Below are positions 15,515 through 24,756 of a stretch of DNA of 32,000 nt, piece by piece (the stretch's first letter is position 1; each line of letters begins with the position of its first letter). Location: positions 1,410,001-1,442,000 of the forward strand of contig NZ_CP045650.1 of assembly GCF_009557235.1 (NCBI RefSeq), read 5' to 3'. The notes beneath the pieces were generated by a model that made no database searches, was not told the DNA's origin, and saw only the letters and a list, made by a program, of their open reading frames with translations. The stretch comes from Acinetobacter wanghuae. Its GTDB lineage: Bacteria > Pseudomonadota > Gammaproteobacteria > Pseudomonadales > Moraxellaceae. The translations under genes were made by a program, and so were the position numbers.

Positions 15515-18195
15515 ACTTGCTCCTTAAAACGAGCGAGGTTAAAGCGTTTTAATCGTAAAGCATTCGAGATGACGAAAACTGATGACAATGCCATGGCTGC
15601 GGCTGCAAACATGGGTGACAGTAAAATGCCAAAGAATGGATATAAGATCCCTGCGGCAATTGGAATCAACGCCATATTATAAACAAAAGCCCAAAATAGA
15701 TTCTGTTTGATATTGGTCATGGTGGCATGACTGATGGCAATCGCAGTCGCGACTTGTTGTAAGTTACCTGACATCAACACCACATCTGCGGCTTCAATTG
15801 CGATATCTGTTCCTGTCCCGACAGCAATACCCACATCGGATTGTGCCAATGCGGGTGCATCATTAATGCCATCTCCGACAAATGCCACTACACCAAACGT
15901 GTGTTGTAACTCACTGACAGCGTCAACTTTTTGTTGTGGTAAAAGCTCAGCAACCACATGATCAATATGAAGTTGTTTGGCAACGGCATGGGCTGTAAAT
16001 GCATTGTCACCTGTCATCATGGCGACTTTTAAACCTTGAGCATGCAGCGCTTGAATGGCTGAATAAGTGGTACTTTTAATGGGATCGGAGACCGCAATGA
16101 TCGCTGCGAGTTGCTGGTCAATCGCTACATAAATCGGGGTTTTCGCCAACTCACCCCATTGCTGTACCTGTATTTTGAAAGCACTGACATCAATACCCCA
16201 TTGCTGCATGAGTTTTTCTGCACCAATATAGATGTGTACATCCAGCACCTTTGCCTGAATGCCCGCACCCGTGATGGCATTAAATTCGGTCACGTCTAAG
16301 AGTTTGATATTTTGTGTGTTTGCTGCTTGCACAATGGCATGTGCAATGGGATGTTCTGATTTAGCTTCCACTGAGGCGACTATTTGTAATACATATTCTG
16401 CGGTGAAATCAGGCATGATTTCTAGGTCAGTCAGTTCAGGTTTACCTTCAGTTAATGTGCCTGTTTTATCTACCGCAACGACACGACTTTGTTGCAAGCG
16501 TTGTAAGGCATCACCTTTACGAAATAAAACACCCAGTTCAGCGGCGCGTCCTGTTCCAACCATAATCGAAGTCGGTGTTGCTAAGCCCATGGCGCATGGA
16601 CAGGCAATAATTAACACGGCAACGGCGTTGACCAAGGCATAACTGAAACTCGGTTCTGGACCAAAGATAAACCATAGAATAAAAGTGAAGAGTGCTAAGC
16701 CCATCACCACAGGGACAAACCATAAGGTGACTTTGTCCACCATGGTTTGAATGGGTAACTTTGCGCCTTGGGCGTGCTCGACCATTTGAATAATATGTGC
16801 AAGCACTGAGTCTTGCCCCACTCGGGTGGCACGGATGTCTAAACTACCATTTTGATTGATTGTACCGCCAATGACTTGGTCGCCCTGATGCTTGAATACA
16901 GCATGTGGCTCACCGCTGATCATGGCTTCATCAACATAGCTTTCTCCTGCAATGACTTCACCATCTACCGCAATTTTCTCACCAGGTTTGATGGCAATGA
17001 TCATGCCTTGCTTTAATTCAGAGACAGGTAAATTGACCCAATCATTGCCCTGTTTTACCCGTGCTTCTTTAGGCTGCAAACCGATTAAATATTGAATCGC
17101 TTGTGATGTTTTGCCTTTGGCTTTGGCTTCCAAATAACGCCCAAGTAAAATTAAAGCGACAATCACCGCGGCTGCCTCAAAATACACATGCACGGTACTT
17201 ATAGGTAATACGTTCGGGAAAAATGTCGCCACACATGAGAAGCTATAAGCTGCTAGTGTGCCAATCGCCACAAGTGAATTCATATCGGGCGCTCGCCGCC
17301 ACAATGCTGGAATTCCATGCTGGTAAAAACGCCGTCCCGGTATTAAAAGCACAAGTGTGGTGAGGATCCACTGCAGATACCAACTATTTTGTGTGCCAAT
17401 CGTATGGGCAATAAAATGATGAAATGCGGGAAATAAATGCCCGCCCATTTCTAAAAGAAATACAGGTAACGCTAAAAAAAATGCAATATAAAAATCATGC
17501 TTTAAGCTGTCTGCTTCGTTGGCTCTTTTTGCTTGAAGGCTTATTTGCTGTTTTTGATCTTGAGATTTTATTTTTGCGGTAAATCCAGATTTTTCAACGG
17601 CTTTAATTAATTCTTCTTCCAATAGATGAGAACCTTCAACAATGGCTTGTTCCGTCGCAAGATTCACATTGGCTCGAGTCACACCGGTCACTTTTAAAAG
17701 TGCTTTTTCCACACGTCCTACACAAGACGCACAGCTCATACCTTCTACAGAAAGTTCGATTGAATCATACTGAATATCAAAACCTGATGTTTGAATGGCT
17801 TTGATGAGACTGCTCGCTTCAATGTGACTCAGCATATGAACATGGGCTTTTTCAGTTGCCAAATTCACTTCGGCGGAAATCACACCATTGACTTTATTTA
17901 ATGCTTTTTCGACACGTGCCACACAAGATGCACAACTCATGCCGACAATATTGAGCTCAAGCTGAGTCGTCGCAACATTAAAACCTGCTTTTTGGATAGA
18001 TTGAATGATCTCTGAGAGAGCAATGAGATGCGTACTTTGAATATGGGCCTTTTCGGTGGCTAAATTGACCTGAGCTTCAGTCACCCCCGCTATTTTTTTT
18101 AAGGCTTTTTCGACACGTGCCACGCAAGATGCACAGCTCATGCCCTCAATGACAATCGATTGCTCGAATATTTGTGCTGTCGTGCTGTGTGGCAT
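15511..18195 (-). CDS. copA: Cu(I)-translocating P1B-type ATPase with three N-terminal HMA domains
   Basis: 894 aa. Three copies of GMSCASCV, then ISGEP, CPC (ACPCAMGLATP), DKTGTLT, SEHPIA and GDGINDAPAL. Confidence 0.97.
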   Translation of the reverse strand: MPHSTTAQIFEQSIVIEGMSCASCVARVEKALKKIAGVTEAQVNLATEKAHIQSTHLIALSEIIQSIQKAGFNVATTQLELNIVGMSCASCVARVEKALNKVNGVISAEVNLATEKAHVHMLSHIEASSLIKAIQTSGFDIQYDSIELSVEGMSCASCVGRVEKALLKVTGVTRANVNLATEQAIVEGSHLLEEELIKAVEKSGFTAKIKSQDQKQQISLQAKRANEADSLKHDFYIAFFLALPVFLLEMGGHLFPAFHHFIAHTIGTQNSWYLQWILTTLVLLIPGRRFYQHGIPALWRRAPDMNSLVAIGTLAAYSFSCVATFFPNVLPISTVHVYFEAAAVIVALILLGRYLEAKAKGKTSQAIQYLIGLQPKEARVKQGNDWVNLPVSELKQGMIIAIKPGEKIAVDGEVIAGESYVDEAMISGEPHAVFKHQGDQVIGGTINQNGSLDIRATRVGQDSVLAHIIQMVEHAQGAKLPIQTMVDKVTLWFVPVVMGLALFTFILWFIFGPEPSFSYALVNAVAVLIIACPCAMGLATPTSIMVGTGRAAELGVLFRKGDALQRLQQSRVVAVDKTGTLTEGKPELTDLEIMPDFTAEYVLQIVASVEAKSEHPIAHAIVQAANTQNIKLLDVTEFNAITGAGIQAKVLDVHIYIGAEKLMQQWGIDVSAFKIQVQQWGELAKTPIYVAIDQQLAAIIAVSDPIKSTTYSAIQALHAQGLKVAMMTGDNAFTAHAVAKQLHIDHVVAELLPQQKVDAVSELQHTFGVVAFVGDGINDAPALAQSDVGIAVGTGTDIAIEAADVVLMSGNLQQVATAIAISHATMTNIKQNLFWAFVYNMALIPIAAGILYPFFGILLSPMFAAAAMALSSVFVISNALRLKRFNLARFKEQV

Positions 18196-18228
18196 GTGCT
18201 CATCCTAAATTCATCTGAGTATCCTACT

Positions 18229-18259
18229 AGCTTAAACCTTCCCTGTATGGGAAGGTCAA
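18229..18259 (-). promoter_or_regulatory. CueR-type operator-promoter of copA
   Basis: The minus strand reads TTGACC-ttcccatacagggaaggtt-TAAGCT. The -35/-10 spacer is 19 bp and contains the dyad ACCTTCCC-N5-GGGAAGGT, the same architecture and half-sites as E. coli PcopA. It lies 34 nt upstream of the copA ATG. Confidence 0.8.
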
Positions 18260-18280
18260 GTCTGATTCACGGATAGACAT

Positions 18281-18306
18281 AAAAAAGCCCGAGACAGGCT
18301 CAGGCT
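18281..18306 (-). terminator. Rho-independent terminator downstream of cysK
   Basis: The minus-strand RNA is agccugag-ccugu-cucgggcu followed by uuuuuu. The 8-bp stem contains one G-U pair. Confidence 0.75.
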
Positions 18307-18327
18307 TTTAGAATAGTCAAGACACCA

Positions 18328-19326
18328 TTATTCGGCAGAAATATTTTCAAATAAAATTGAAGATAAATAACGCTCACCGGCATCAGGAAGAATAACCACA
18401 ATGTTTTTGCCTGCATTTTCAGGACGCGCTGCCAATTGAGCCGCTGCTGCCATTGCCGCACCACTTGAAATACCGACCAAAATTCCTTCTTGAGTCGCTG
18501 TTTTACGCGCCCATTCCACTGCATCAGTACTTTCAATGGCAATCACTTCATCCACCAAAGATAAATCTAAGTTACCCGGAATAAAGTTTGCGCCAATACC
18601 TTGGATTTTATGCGGTCCCGGTGTCAACGTTTCACCACGTTTCGCTTGACCAATAATAGGAGACTCAGCGGGTTCGACAGCCACTGAATAAATTGCTTTA
18701 TTTTTGACTTGTTCAAAGTAACGCGAAATACCCGTAATTGTACCGCCTGTACCGACACCAGACACTAGGATGTCAACATTACCCCCAGTTGCTTCCCAAA
18801 TTTCAGGACCTGTGGTTTGCTCATGAATTTTAGGATTGGCTGGGTTTTCAAATTGTTGTGGCAAGAAATAAGTTTCAGGCTGTTCAGTCACAAGGCGAAC
18901 CGCTTCATCGACTGCACCTTTCATGCCTTTTGCAGGTTCTGTCAAAATCAGATTCGCACCCAATGCTTTAACCACTTTACGGCGTTCAATACTCATGCTA
19001 GCAGGCATCGTCAATGTAATATCATACCCTTTTGCAGCAGCAACAAATGCTAAAGCAATCCCCGTATTACCACTGGTCGGTTCAACAATATGCATGCCCG
19101 GTTTTAACTTACCAGACTTTTCAGCATCCGCAATGAGTGCTGCACCGACACGGCATTTTACTGAAAATGCCGGGTTACGGCTTTCAATTTTAGCCAAAAC
19201 AGTTGCACCACCTTGAATGGCACGGTTAATTCGTACCAAAGGTGTATTCCCAATGGCTTCGGCATTATTGTTATATACCGCGATGCCCAAATTACTAGGT
19301 GTTGGAAAAGCTGAATCTGTGGTCAT
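18328..19326 (-). CDS. cysK: Cysteine synthase A (O-acetylserine sulfhydrylase)
   Basis: 332 aa. [12 protein letters not shown] (PLP lysine), TSGNTG, GVGTGGT, and [12 protein letters not shown], which closely resembles E. coli CysK. Confidence 0.95.
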   Translation of the reverse strand: MTTDSAFPTPSNLGIAVYNNNAEAIGNTPLVRINRAIQGGATVLAKIESRNPAFSVKCRVGAALIADAEKSGKLKPGMHIVEPTSGNTGIALAFVAAAKGYDITLTMPASMSIERRKVVKALGANLILTEPAKGMKGAVDEAVRLVTEQPETYFLPQQFENPANPKIHEQTTGPEIWEATGGNVDILVSGVGTGGTITGISRYFEQVKNKAIYSVAVEPAESPIIGQAKRGETLTPGPHKIQGIGANFIPGNLDLSLVDEVIAIESTDAVEWARKTATQEGILVGISSGAAMAAAAQLAARPENAGKNIVVILPDAGERYLSSILFENISAE

Positions 19327-19606
19327 GTCAATATCCCTAATCTTCTATATTTAAGATGATGGCGCATCGTACAATCAAAGCGAATATTTGTGCCGCCTTA
19401 ATAGCAAACGCGCATAAACATATATGTTTGATGACTTAAATTATATGCCTTAAATCGTCATTTAGGCGTTTCAATCTTGTATAAAGATATAATTTTTCTT
19501 GATATTAAAATTCACAAAAAGCCATTAAAAATGGGCACTTTTGGCAATGTGTGAAAGCAAGTGCCACCTATAATCAAAAGGCAGTTTTTACCGTTTGGAT
19601 ATCGCA

Positions 19607-19945
19607 ATGAAAAATGATCTCGAAATCACCACTATGGGTGGTTCTTCTGATCTTGTGCTCTGCATGTTAAAGGCACTTGCCAATAACGATCGACTGAATA
19701 TTTTGTGCCATCTCACCAAAGCTGAATTAAATGTGAGTCAAATTGAACAGATTACGGGAATTAAACAGCCGACACTGTCACAACAATTGATGATTCTACG
19801 TAAAAGTGATGTCGTGTCTACGCGTCGTGATGGCAAGCAAATTTATTACGCTATTAAAGATCAGCATATGATTGTGCTGTTACATACCTTATGCCAACTG
19901 TATGGTCAACAAGCAGAGAAAACACGTTTAGATCAAGCATCATAA
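19607..19945 (+). CDS. ArsR/SmtB-family regulator, BigR/YgaV/SqrR-like (candidate persulfide sensor)
   Basis: Start moved from TTG 19595 to ATG 19607. RLNILCHL (Cys in helix 2), QPTLSQQL recognition helix and C-terminal LHTLCQLY (second Cys) mirror the two-Cys pattern of BigR/YgaV. Confidence 0.85.
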   Translation: MKNDLEITTMGGSSDLVLCMLKALANNDRLNILCHLTKAELNVSQIEQITGIKQPTLSQQLMILRKSDVVSTRRDGKQIYYAIKDQHMIVLLHTLCQLYGQQAEKTRLDQAS

Positions 19946-19991
19946 TTCTAATTTATTGATTTAATTACATCTTATACTTTTAATTTTCTGT

Positions 19992-20036
19992 ATTGAAAGT
20001 ATTTCATATCAGCTTTTGAAATTTATTTCATACAGC
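19992..20036 (+). promoter_or_regulatory. Tandem 22-nt direct repeats, each with an internal TGAAA-N3/4-TTTCA dyad (candidate operator pair)
   Basis: attgaaagtatttcatatcagc (19992-20013) and tttgaaatttatttcatacagc (20015-20036), located between the ArsR-like gene and sulP. Confidence 0.5.
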
Positions 20037-20111
20037 TCAGCACGATTTCATCCAAGACTTATTAGCACTTTTTATGCATAATATATCTATATTTGTGATT
20101 TAGACCGTGAT

Positions 20112-21860
20112 ATGCCTGACCTTAAGCCCAACATATTCCATAAATTGCCTGCTTGGGCATGGCTAAGCCAATATAATTCGGTCAAATTCAAATCTGATGC
20201 GTTGGCATCTTTAATTGTGGTGGCAATGCTCGTCCCACAAGGCATGGCATACGCGATGTTGGCAGGTCTCCCCCCAATTATGGGACTCTATGCCAGCATC
20301 CTCCCCATGTTGGTTTACGCGATGCTCGGGGGGAGTACCACTCTGTCGATTGGTCCCGTTGCCATTATCTCAATGATGACTTTTGCCACCCTGAATCCAC
20401 TGTTTGAGGTCGGTTCTCCGGTTTATATTGAAGCAGCCATGCTGTTGGCACTCATGGTCGGGATCATTTCTTTTTTGCTTGGGGTGTGTCGTTTTGGCTT
20501 CCTGATTCAACTGATCAGCCATCCTGTTATTAAAAGTTTTATTATTGCTTCCGCGCTGCTTATTGCATTGGGACAATTAAAATTTTTGGTCGCTGTTCCC
20601 TTAAATGCCAATAATCTCATCGAATTTATTCAGAGTAGTATTCAATATGTGCATCTCATGCATTGGCCCAGCCTTGCCTTTGGTTTGCTGTCTATTTTGC
20701 TTTTGATCTATGTGCCAAAACTACTGAAATCACAAGCTGTATTGAACCGAGTTGGCTCAACCGAATATTTGGTACGTGCCATTCCACTGCTCTTAGTGGG
20801 TTGCGGTATTGCAGCCGTACTATTTTTCGGTTTAAGTGAAAAAGGGATTCAAACGGTCGGTCTCATTCCATCTGGTTTTCCACCTTTAGGATTGCCACAT
20901 TGGAATTGGCAACTGGTTATGCAGTTATTGCCCGGTGCAACCATGATTGCGATGATTAGTTTTGTCGAATCATTGTCTATTGCTCAAGCCACTGCCTTAC
21001 AACAACGCAGCCAACTCAATAGTAACCAAGAACTCATTGCTTTAGGCGTGGCGAATCTCAGTGCGGGCATCAGCTCTGCTTTCCCTGTAACGGGAAGTTT
21101 GTCGCGTACCGTGGTGAATGCCGATGCTGGTGCTAAAACACCGATGGCAGGGATTTTGTCTTCATTGCTGATTATTGTGGTTAGTTTATTTTTTACTGAC
21201 TTTTTTGAAGATTTACCGTTAACTATTTTAGCGGCGACCATTATTGTCTCCATTTGGAAACTCGTCGACTTTTCGCCTTTTATTGATGCTTGGCGCTACT
21301 CCAGAGCAGATGGTATTGCCATGTGGATTACCTTCTTTGGTGTCGTGCTGATTGATATTTCGACCGGTCTGATGATTGGAATTGTCTCGACATTTATCTT
21401 GATGCTTTGGCGGATCAGTCGTCCACATATGGCGGTGGTCGGTTTGGTTGAAGGTACACAGCATTTCCGTAACATTCAACGACATCAGGTCATGACCTCT
21501 GCACATGTTCTATCATTACGTATTGATGAAAATTTAACTTTCTTAAATGCTAACGCATTAAAAGGTTATTTAATTAATCAGCTGAGTCGTACCAATGATA
21601 TCAAGCATGTGATTTTAAACTGTTCAAGTATCAGCGCGATTGATTTAAGCGCCTTAGAAATGTTGGAAGATTTAAATGCTGAATTATCAAAATTGAATAT
21701 TCGATTACATTTTGCAGAAGTCAAAGGTCCAGTGATGGATCATTTACAAGGCTCAAAACTACTTACACATTTAAGTGGTCGTATTTATTTAACCCACTTC
21801 CAAGCTATTCAAGATATTTCACCAGAAATTTTTGAACACAATAAAGATTACAGTATTTGA
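20112..21860 (+). CDS. SulP-family anion transporter with C-terminal STAS domain
   Basis: 582 aa. Polytopic N-terminal region with SulP-like GLPPIMGLYASILPMLVYAMLGGS, and a soluble tail of about 130 aa (STAS-like). Confidence 0.92.
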   Translation: MPDLKPNIFHKLPAWAWLSQYNSVKFKSDALASLIVVAMLVPQGMAYAMLAGLPPIMGLYASILPMLVYAMLGGSTTLSIGPVAIISMMTFATLNPLFEVGSPVYIEAAMLLALMVGIISFLLGVCRFGFLIQLISHPVIKSFIIASALLIALGQLKFLVAVPLNANNLIEFIQSSIQYVHLMHWPSLAFGLLSILLLIYVPKLLKSQAVLNRVGSTEYLVRAIPLLLVGCGIAAVLFFGLSEKGIQTVGLIPSGFPPLGLPHWNWQLVMQLLPGATMIAMISFVESLSIAQATALQQRSQLNSNQELIALGVANLSAGISSAFPVTGSLSRTVVNADAGAKTPMAGILSSLLIIVVSLFFTDFFEDLPLTILAATIIVSIWKLVDFSPFIDAWRYSRADGIAMWITFFGVVLIDISTGLMIGIVSTFILMLWRISRPHMAVVGLVEGTQHFRNIQRHQVMTSAHVLSLRIDENLTFLNANALKGYLINQLSRTNDIKHVILNCSSISAIDLSALEMLEDLNAELSKLNIRLHFAEVKGPVMDHLQGSKLLTHLSGRIYLTHFQAIQDISPEIFEHNKDYSI

Positions 21861-22181
21861 AAATATGACTTCTATTGCCATTTTTTAAAGCGAATTGACG
21901 TATTTTATTGCGCTTTTAAGCGTGATATAAAATGAATTTATCACTTTTAAAATGGCATTTAATTTCAAAATAGTGATAAACGGAAAATGTTAAATTTGTA
22001 ATAAAAATCAACTATTTTGATTAAATTTAAATCATTTAAACGTGTATTATCTCAAATTAATATCTTTATTTTCATAAGCTTAGATTTTATCTAAAAATAT
22101 ATTTTAAGCCAATTGATATTTAAGTATAAAATAGTCGAAATTTTTCCGAATTAGCCCTCGTAATTTCAACAAGGCAACTTT

Positions 22182-23378
22182 ATGTTCTCTGCTCTTACGC
22201 GTATGAGTTTAGTCTCCCGTATTATTATCGCCATTATTCTTGGTGTTGCTGTCGCAATCTTCTTTCCAGAATTTGCACCAAACCTAAGTTTGCTTGGTGA
22301 TTTATTCATTAAAGCACTGAAATCTGTCGCGCCTATTTTAGTTTTCATTTTAGTTTTAGCATCCATTGCGAACTTTAAAGTGGGTCAGAGCAACGATAAA
22401 ATAAAACCAATTATGTATATGTACGGCGCAGGCATGTTCCTTGCTGCCTTAAGTGCTGTCATTGCCAGTATTTTATTCCCAAGTACATTATTCCTCGATG
22501 CTGCTGCTCAAGGTGATTTCCAGCCACCGGGCAGCTTGGTTCAAATTTTAAGAAATTTACTTCTAAGTTTTGTCGCAAACCCAGTAACTGCAATTGCTGA
22601 AGCTAACTTTATTGGTATTTTAGCGTGGTCAGTCGCATTAGGGATTGCTTTCCGTCATGCATCAGACACCACTAAAATCTGCTTAAATGATGCAGCGAAT
22701 GCCATTAACCATGTGATTCGTCTGGTGATTAGTTTTGCTCCGGTAGGTATCTTTGGTTTAGTGGCCGTGACATTTGCGGAAGCGGGCTTAGATACTTTAG
22801 CAAGCTATGCACATCTACTTGCTGTATTGATTGGTACGATGGCATTTGTGGCACTGGTGATCAATCCGTTTATGGTGGCCATTGTTTCGCGCAAAAACCC
22901 CTACCCATTGGTGTTGACTTGTTTACGTGAAAGCGGCATTACTGCGTTCTTTACCCGTAGTTCGGCGGCTAATATTCCTGTGAATATGGATTTAGCAAAA
23001 CGTTTGGGTGTATCGGAATCTACATCAAGTGTCGCAATTCCACTCGGTGCTGCTATTAATATGGCAGGTGCGTCTGTGACCATTACCATTTTGTCATTAG
23101 CGGCTGTGTATACGCTAGGCATTGATGTTGATTTCACGACCATGCTTATTCTTTCAGTGGTCGCGACTGTTTCAGCATGTGGTGCTTCAGGTGTTGCCGG
23201 CGGTTCTTTACTTCTCATTCCAGTTGCTTGTGGTCTGTTTGGCATTTCAACTGATGTAGCCATGCAAGTGGTTGCGATTGGTATGGTGATTAGCGTGCTT
23301 CAAGACTCAACAGAAACTGCCCTCAATTCATCAACTGATGTTTTGTTTACTGCTGCAGTAGATCTTGCTAAAAAATAA
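22182..23378 (+). CDS. sstT: Serine/threonine:sodium symporter (DAACS family)
   Basis: 398 aa. SstT-like throughout ([29 protein letters not shown]). Confidence 0.9.
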   Translation: MFSALTRMSLVSRIIIAIILGVAVAIFFPEFAPNLSLLGDLFIKALKSVAPILVFILVLASIANFKVGQSNDKIKPIMYMYGAGMFLAALSAVIASILFPSTLFLDAAAQGDFQPPGSLVQILRNLLLSFVANPVTAIAEANFIGILAWSVALGIAFRHASDTTKICLNDAANAINHVIRLVISFAPVGIFGLVAVTFAEAGLDTLASYAHLLAVLIGTMAFVALVINPFMVAIVSRKNPYPLVLTCLRESGITAFFTRSSAANIPVNMDLAKRLGVSESTSSVAIPLGAAINMAGASVTITILSLAAVYTLGIDVDFTTMLILSVVATVSACGASGVAGGSLLLIPVACGLFGISTDVAMQVVAIGMVISVLQDSTETALNSSTDVLFTAAVDLAKK

Positions 23379-23382
23379 TCAT

Positions 23383-23412
23383 ATATTGAAAAATAAAATT
23401 ATTTTTCAATAT
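23383..23412. repeat. Perfect 13-bp AT-rich inverted repeat between sstT and the DUF1275 gene
   Basis: atattgaaaaata-aaat-tatttttcaatat. Weak terminator or operator. Function not determinable from sequence. Confidence 0.5.
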
Positions 23413-23419
23413 TAAAGTT

Positions 23420-24094
23420 ATGCCATTACAACGTTTACCGTTATGGGTACAACTCGGTGCATTTTTCCTTTCGCTGAATGCGGGCATGATCAATGTACTG
23501 GGTTTAATTACCGTTTTGCATCAATCCGTTTCACATATGACAGGCAATGTCAGTATGTTAGGTATGGCGCTGCTCGACGGTAATCTTGAATTTGTTATAT
23601 TCCTTGTTTTGGTTATTCTGAGCTATATCATAGGCTCAGTCTTAAGCGGGTTTATTATTGGAAATAGTCACTTTCACTTAGGGCTCCGTTATGGATCTCC
23701 CTTAAGTTTAGTGGCTTTTTTTATATTCGTTTGTTGGCTATTGCTTCCCGTTCTTCCGCGTTATGCCTTACTTTTTGCATGTGTGGCAATGGGTGTACAA
23801 AATGCCATGATCAGTCATTATCAAGGTGCGATCATTCGCACCACACATTTATCAGGTGTACTCACTGATTTAGGTTTGGCACTTGGTTATCGCCTACGTG
23901 GACTTCAAGTCGATAGAAAACGTGTTACCCTGCATTTATTGATCTTTTTTGGATTTTTAATGGGTGGAATCCTTGCCAGTTGGATTTATCCTTTATTAAA
24001 ATTAAACGCATTCTTGATTCCAGTGCTGCTCGGCTTTAGCTTAAGCCTGATTTATTGGATCTTTTATTTACGTTATCGACATCAACACAGTTAG
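23420..24094 (+). CDS. YoaK/DUF1275-family membrane protein
   Basis: 224 aa, about 6 TM segments, with the HMTGN and THLSGV motifs typical of DUF1275. Confidence 0.8.
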   Translation: MPLQRLPLWVQLGAFFLSLNAGMINVLGLITVLHQSVSHMTGNVSMLGMALLDGNLEFVIFLVLVILSYIIGSVLSGFIIGNSHFHLGLRYGSPLSLVAFFIFVCWLLLPVLPRYALLFACVAMGVQNAMISHYQGAIIRTTHLSGVLTDLGLALGYRLRGLQVDRKRVTLHLLIFFGFLMGGILASWIYPLLKLNAFLIPVLLGFSLSLIYWIFYLRYRHQHS

Positions 24095-24108
24095 TTTTGG
24101 AAAATATT

Positions 24109-24642
24109 ATGGTTAAAAATGCATTACAGGCGCAGTTGCTGAAAGCGGGTCTGGTCGATAACAAAAAAGCGAAAAAGTTGTCTAAACAAGCGGTACATGA
24201 AAAACGTACTGGTGACGGCAGTGAGGCTGAAATTAAAGCCAATATTGAAAAAGCCAAACAAGAGAAATTGGCAAAAGATCATGCCATTGAGCAAGAGAAA
24301 AAAGCTCTTTTGCAAGAAAAAGAGTTGAAAGCCGCAATTATGCAAATGATTCAGCAGCATAAAATTCGCGATACCGACGGCGAAATTTCTTATCAATTTA
24401 TTGATGAGAAAATTAAAAAGATTTATCTCAATCAGCAAATTTATAATGCATTGGTTGCAGGGAGTCTGGTAATTGCACGAGACAATGAAAGCTATGCAAT
24501 TTTACCGAAAGCCCTTGCCGATCGTATTAATGCGAAAATGGAAGGCTTCATTATTGTGAATAATTCTGAAAAGAATGAACAAACCACAGATGAAGAAGAT
24601 CCATACGCAGCATATGTGATTCCTGATGATTTAATGTGGTAA
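24109..24642 (+). CDS. DUF2058 (YaiL-like) protein
   Basis: Start moved to ATG 24109 (MVKNALQAQLLKAGLVDNKKAKK, resembling the E. coli YaiL N-terminus). Lys/Glu-rich centre and conserved C-terminal YxxYxIPDDLMW tail. Confidence 0.8.
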   Translation: MVKNALQAQLLKAGLVDNKKAKKLSKQAVHEKRTGDGSEAEIKANIEKAKQEKLAKDHAIEQEKKALLQEKELKAAIMQMIQQHKIRDTDGEISYQFIDEKIKKIYLNQQIYNALVAGSLVIARDNESYAILPKALADRINAKMEGFIIVNNSEKNEQTTDEEDPYAAYVIPDDLMW

Positions 24643-24720
24643 TGTTTTGAGGCAGAAATGATGGCTCGAAAGCCATTATTTGCATCAATTAATATTCGTC
24701 ATTAGATTTTAGTTAAAAAT

Positions 24721-24756
24721 AAAGCCTGCTTAACTCTCCCAAACTAAGCAGGCTTT
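24721..24756. terminator. Perfect 12-bp stem-loop (orientation ambiguous)
   Basis: aaagcctgctta-(12-nt loop)-taagcaggcttt. The U-tract is better on the minus strand (uuuauuuuu) than on the plus strand (uuucac). Confidence 0.5.

Noticed and set aside
15734-16723. Four ORFs of 61-127 aa inside copA (15734-15961 +, 16111-16299 +, 16259-16642 +, 16538-16723 -)
   Set aside because: All lie within a gene with complete P1B-ATPase motifs. Three are antisense and one is out of frame. None has an RBS or a recognisable domain, and their composition is typical of antisense or off-frame reading.
18300-18542. 80-aa minus-strand ORF overlapping the 3' end of cysK
   Set aside because: It is out of frame with a strongly supported cysK and runs through the cysK terminator, so it is spurious.
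20370-23263. Minus-strand ORFs inside sulP and sstT (20370-20576, 20984-21253, 21228-21506, 22166-22366, 22901-23263)
   Set aside because: They are antisense to membrane-protein genes that have continuous family-like sequence, and they have no RBS or domains.
24036-24438. Minus-strand ORFs 24036-24257 and 24124-24438, and the 18-codon 5' extension of the DUF2058 ORF (24055-24108)
   Set aside because: The minus-strand ORFs are antisense to the Lys/Glu-rich DUF2058 gene, a typical mirror-frame artefact. The extension overlaps the end of the DUF1275 gene, and the ATG at 24109 gives the conserved YaiL-like N-terminus.
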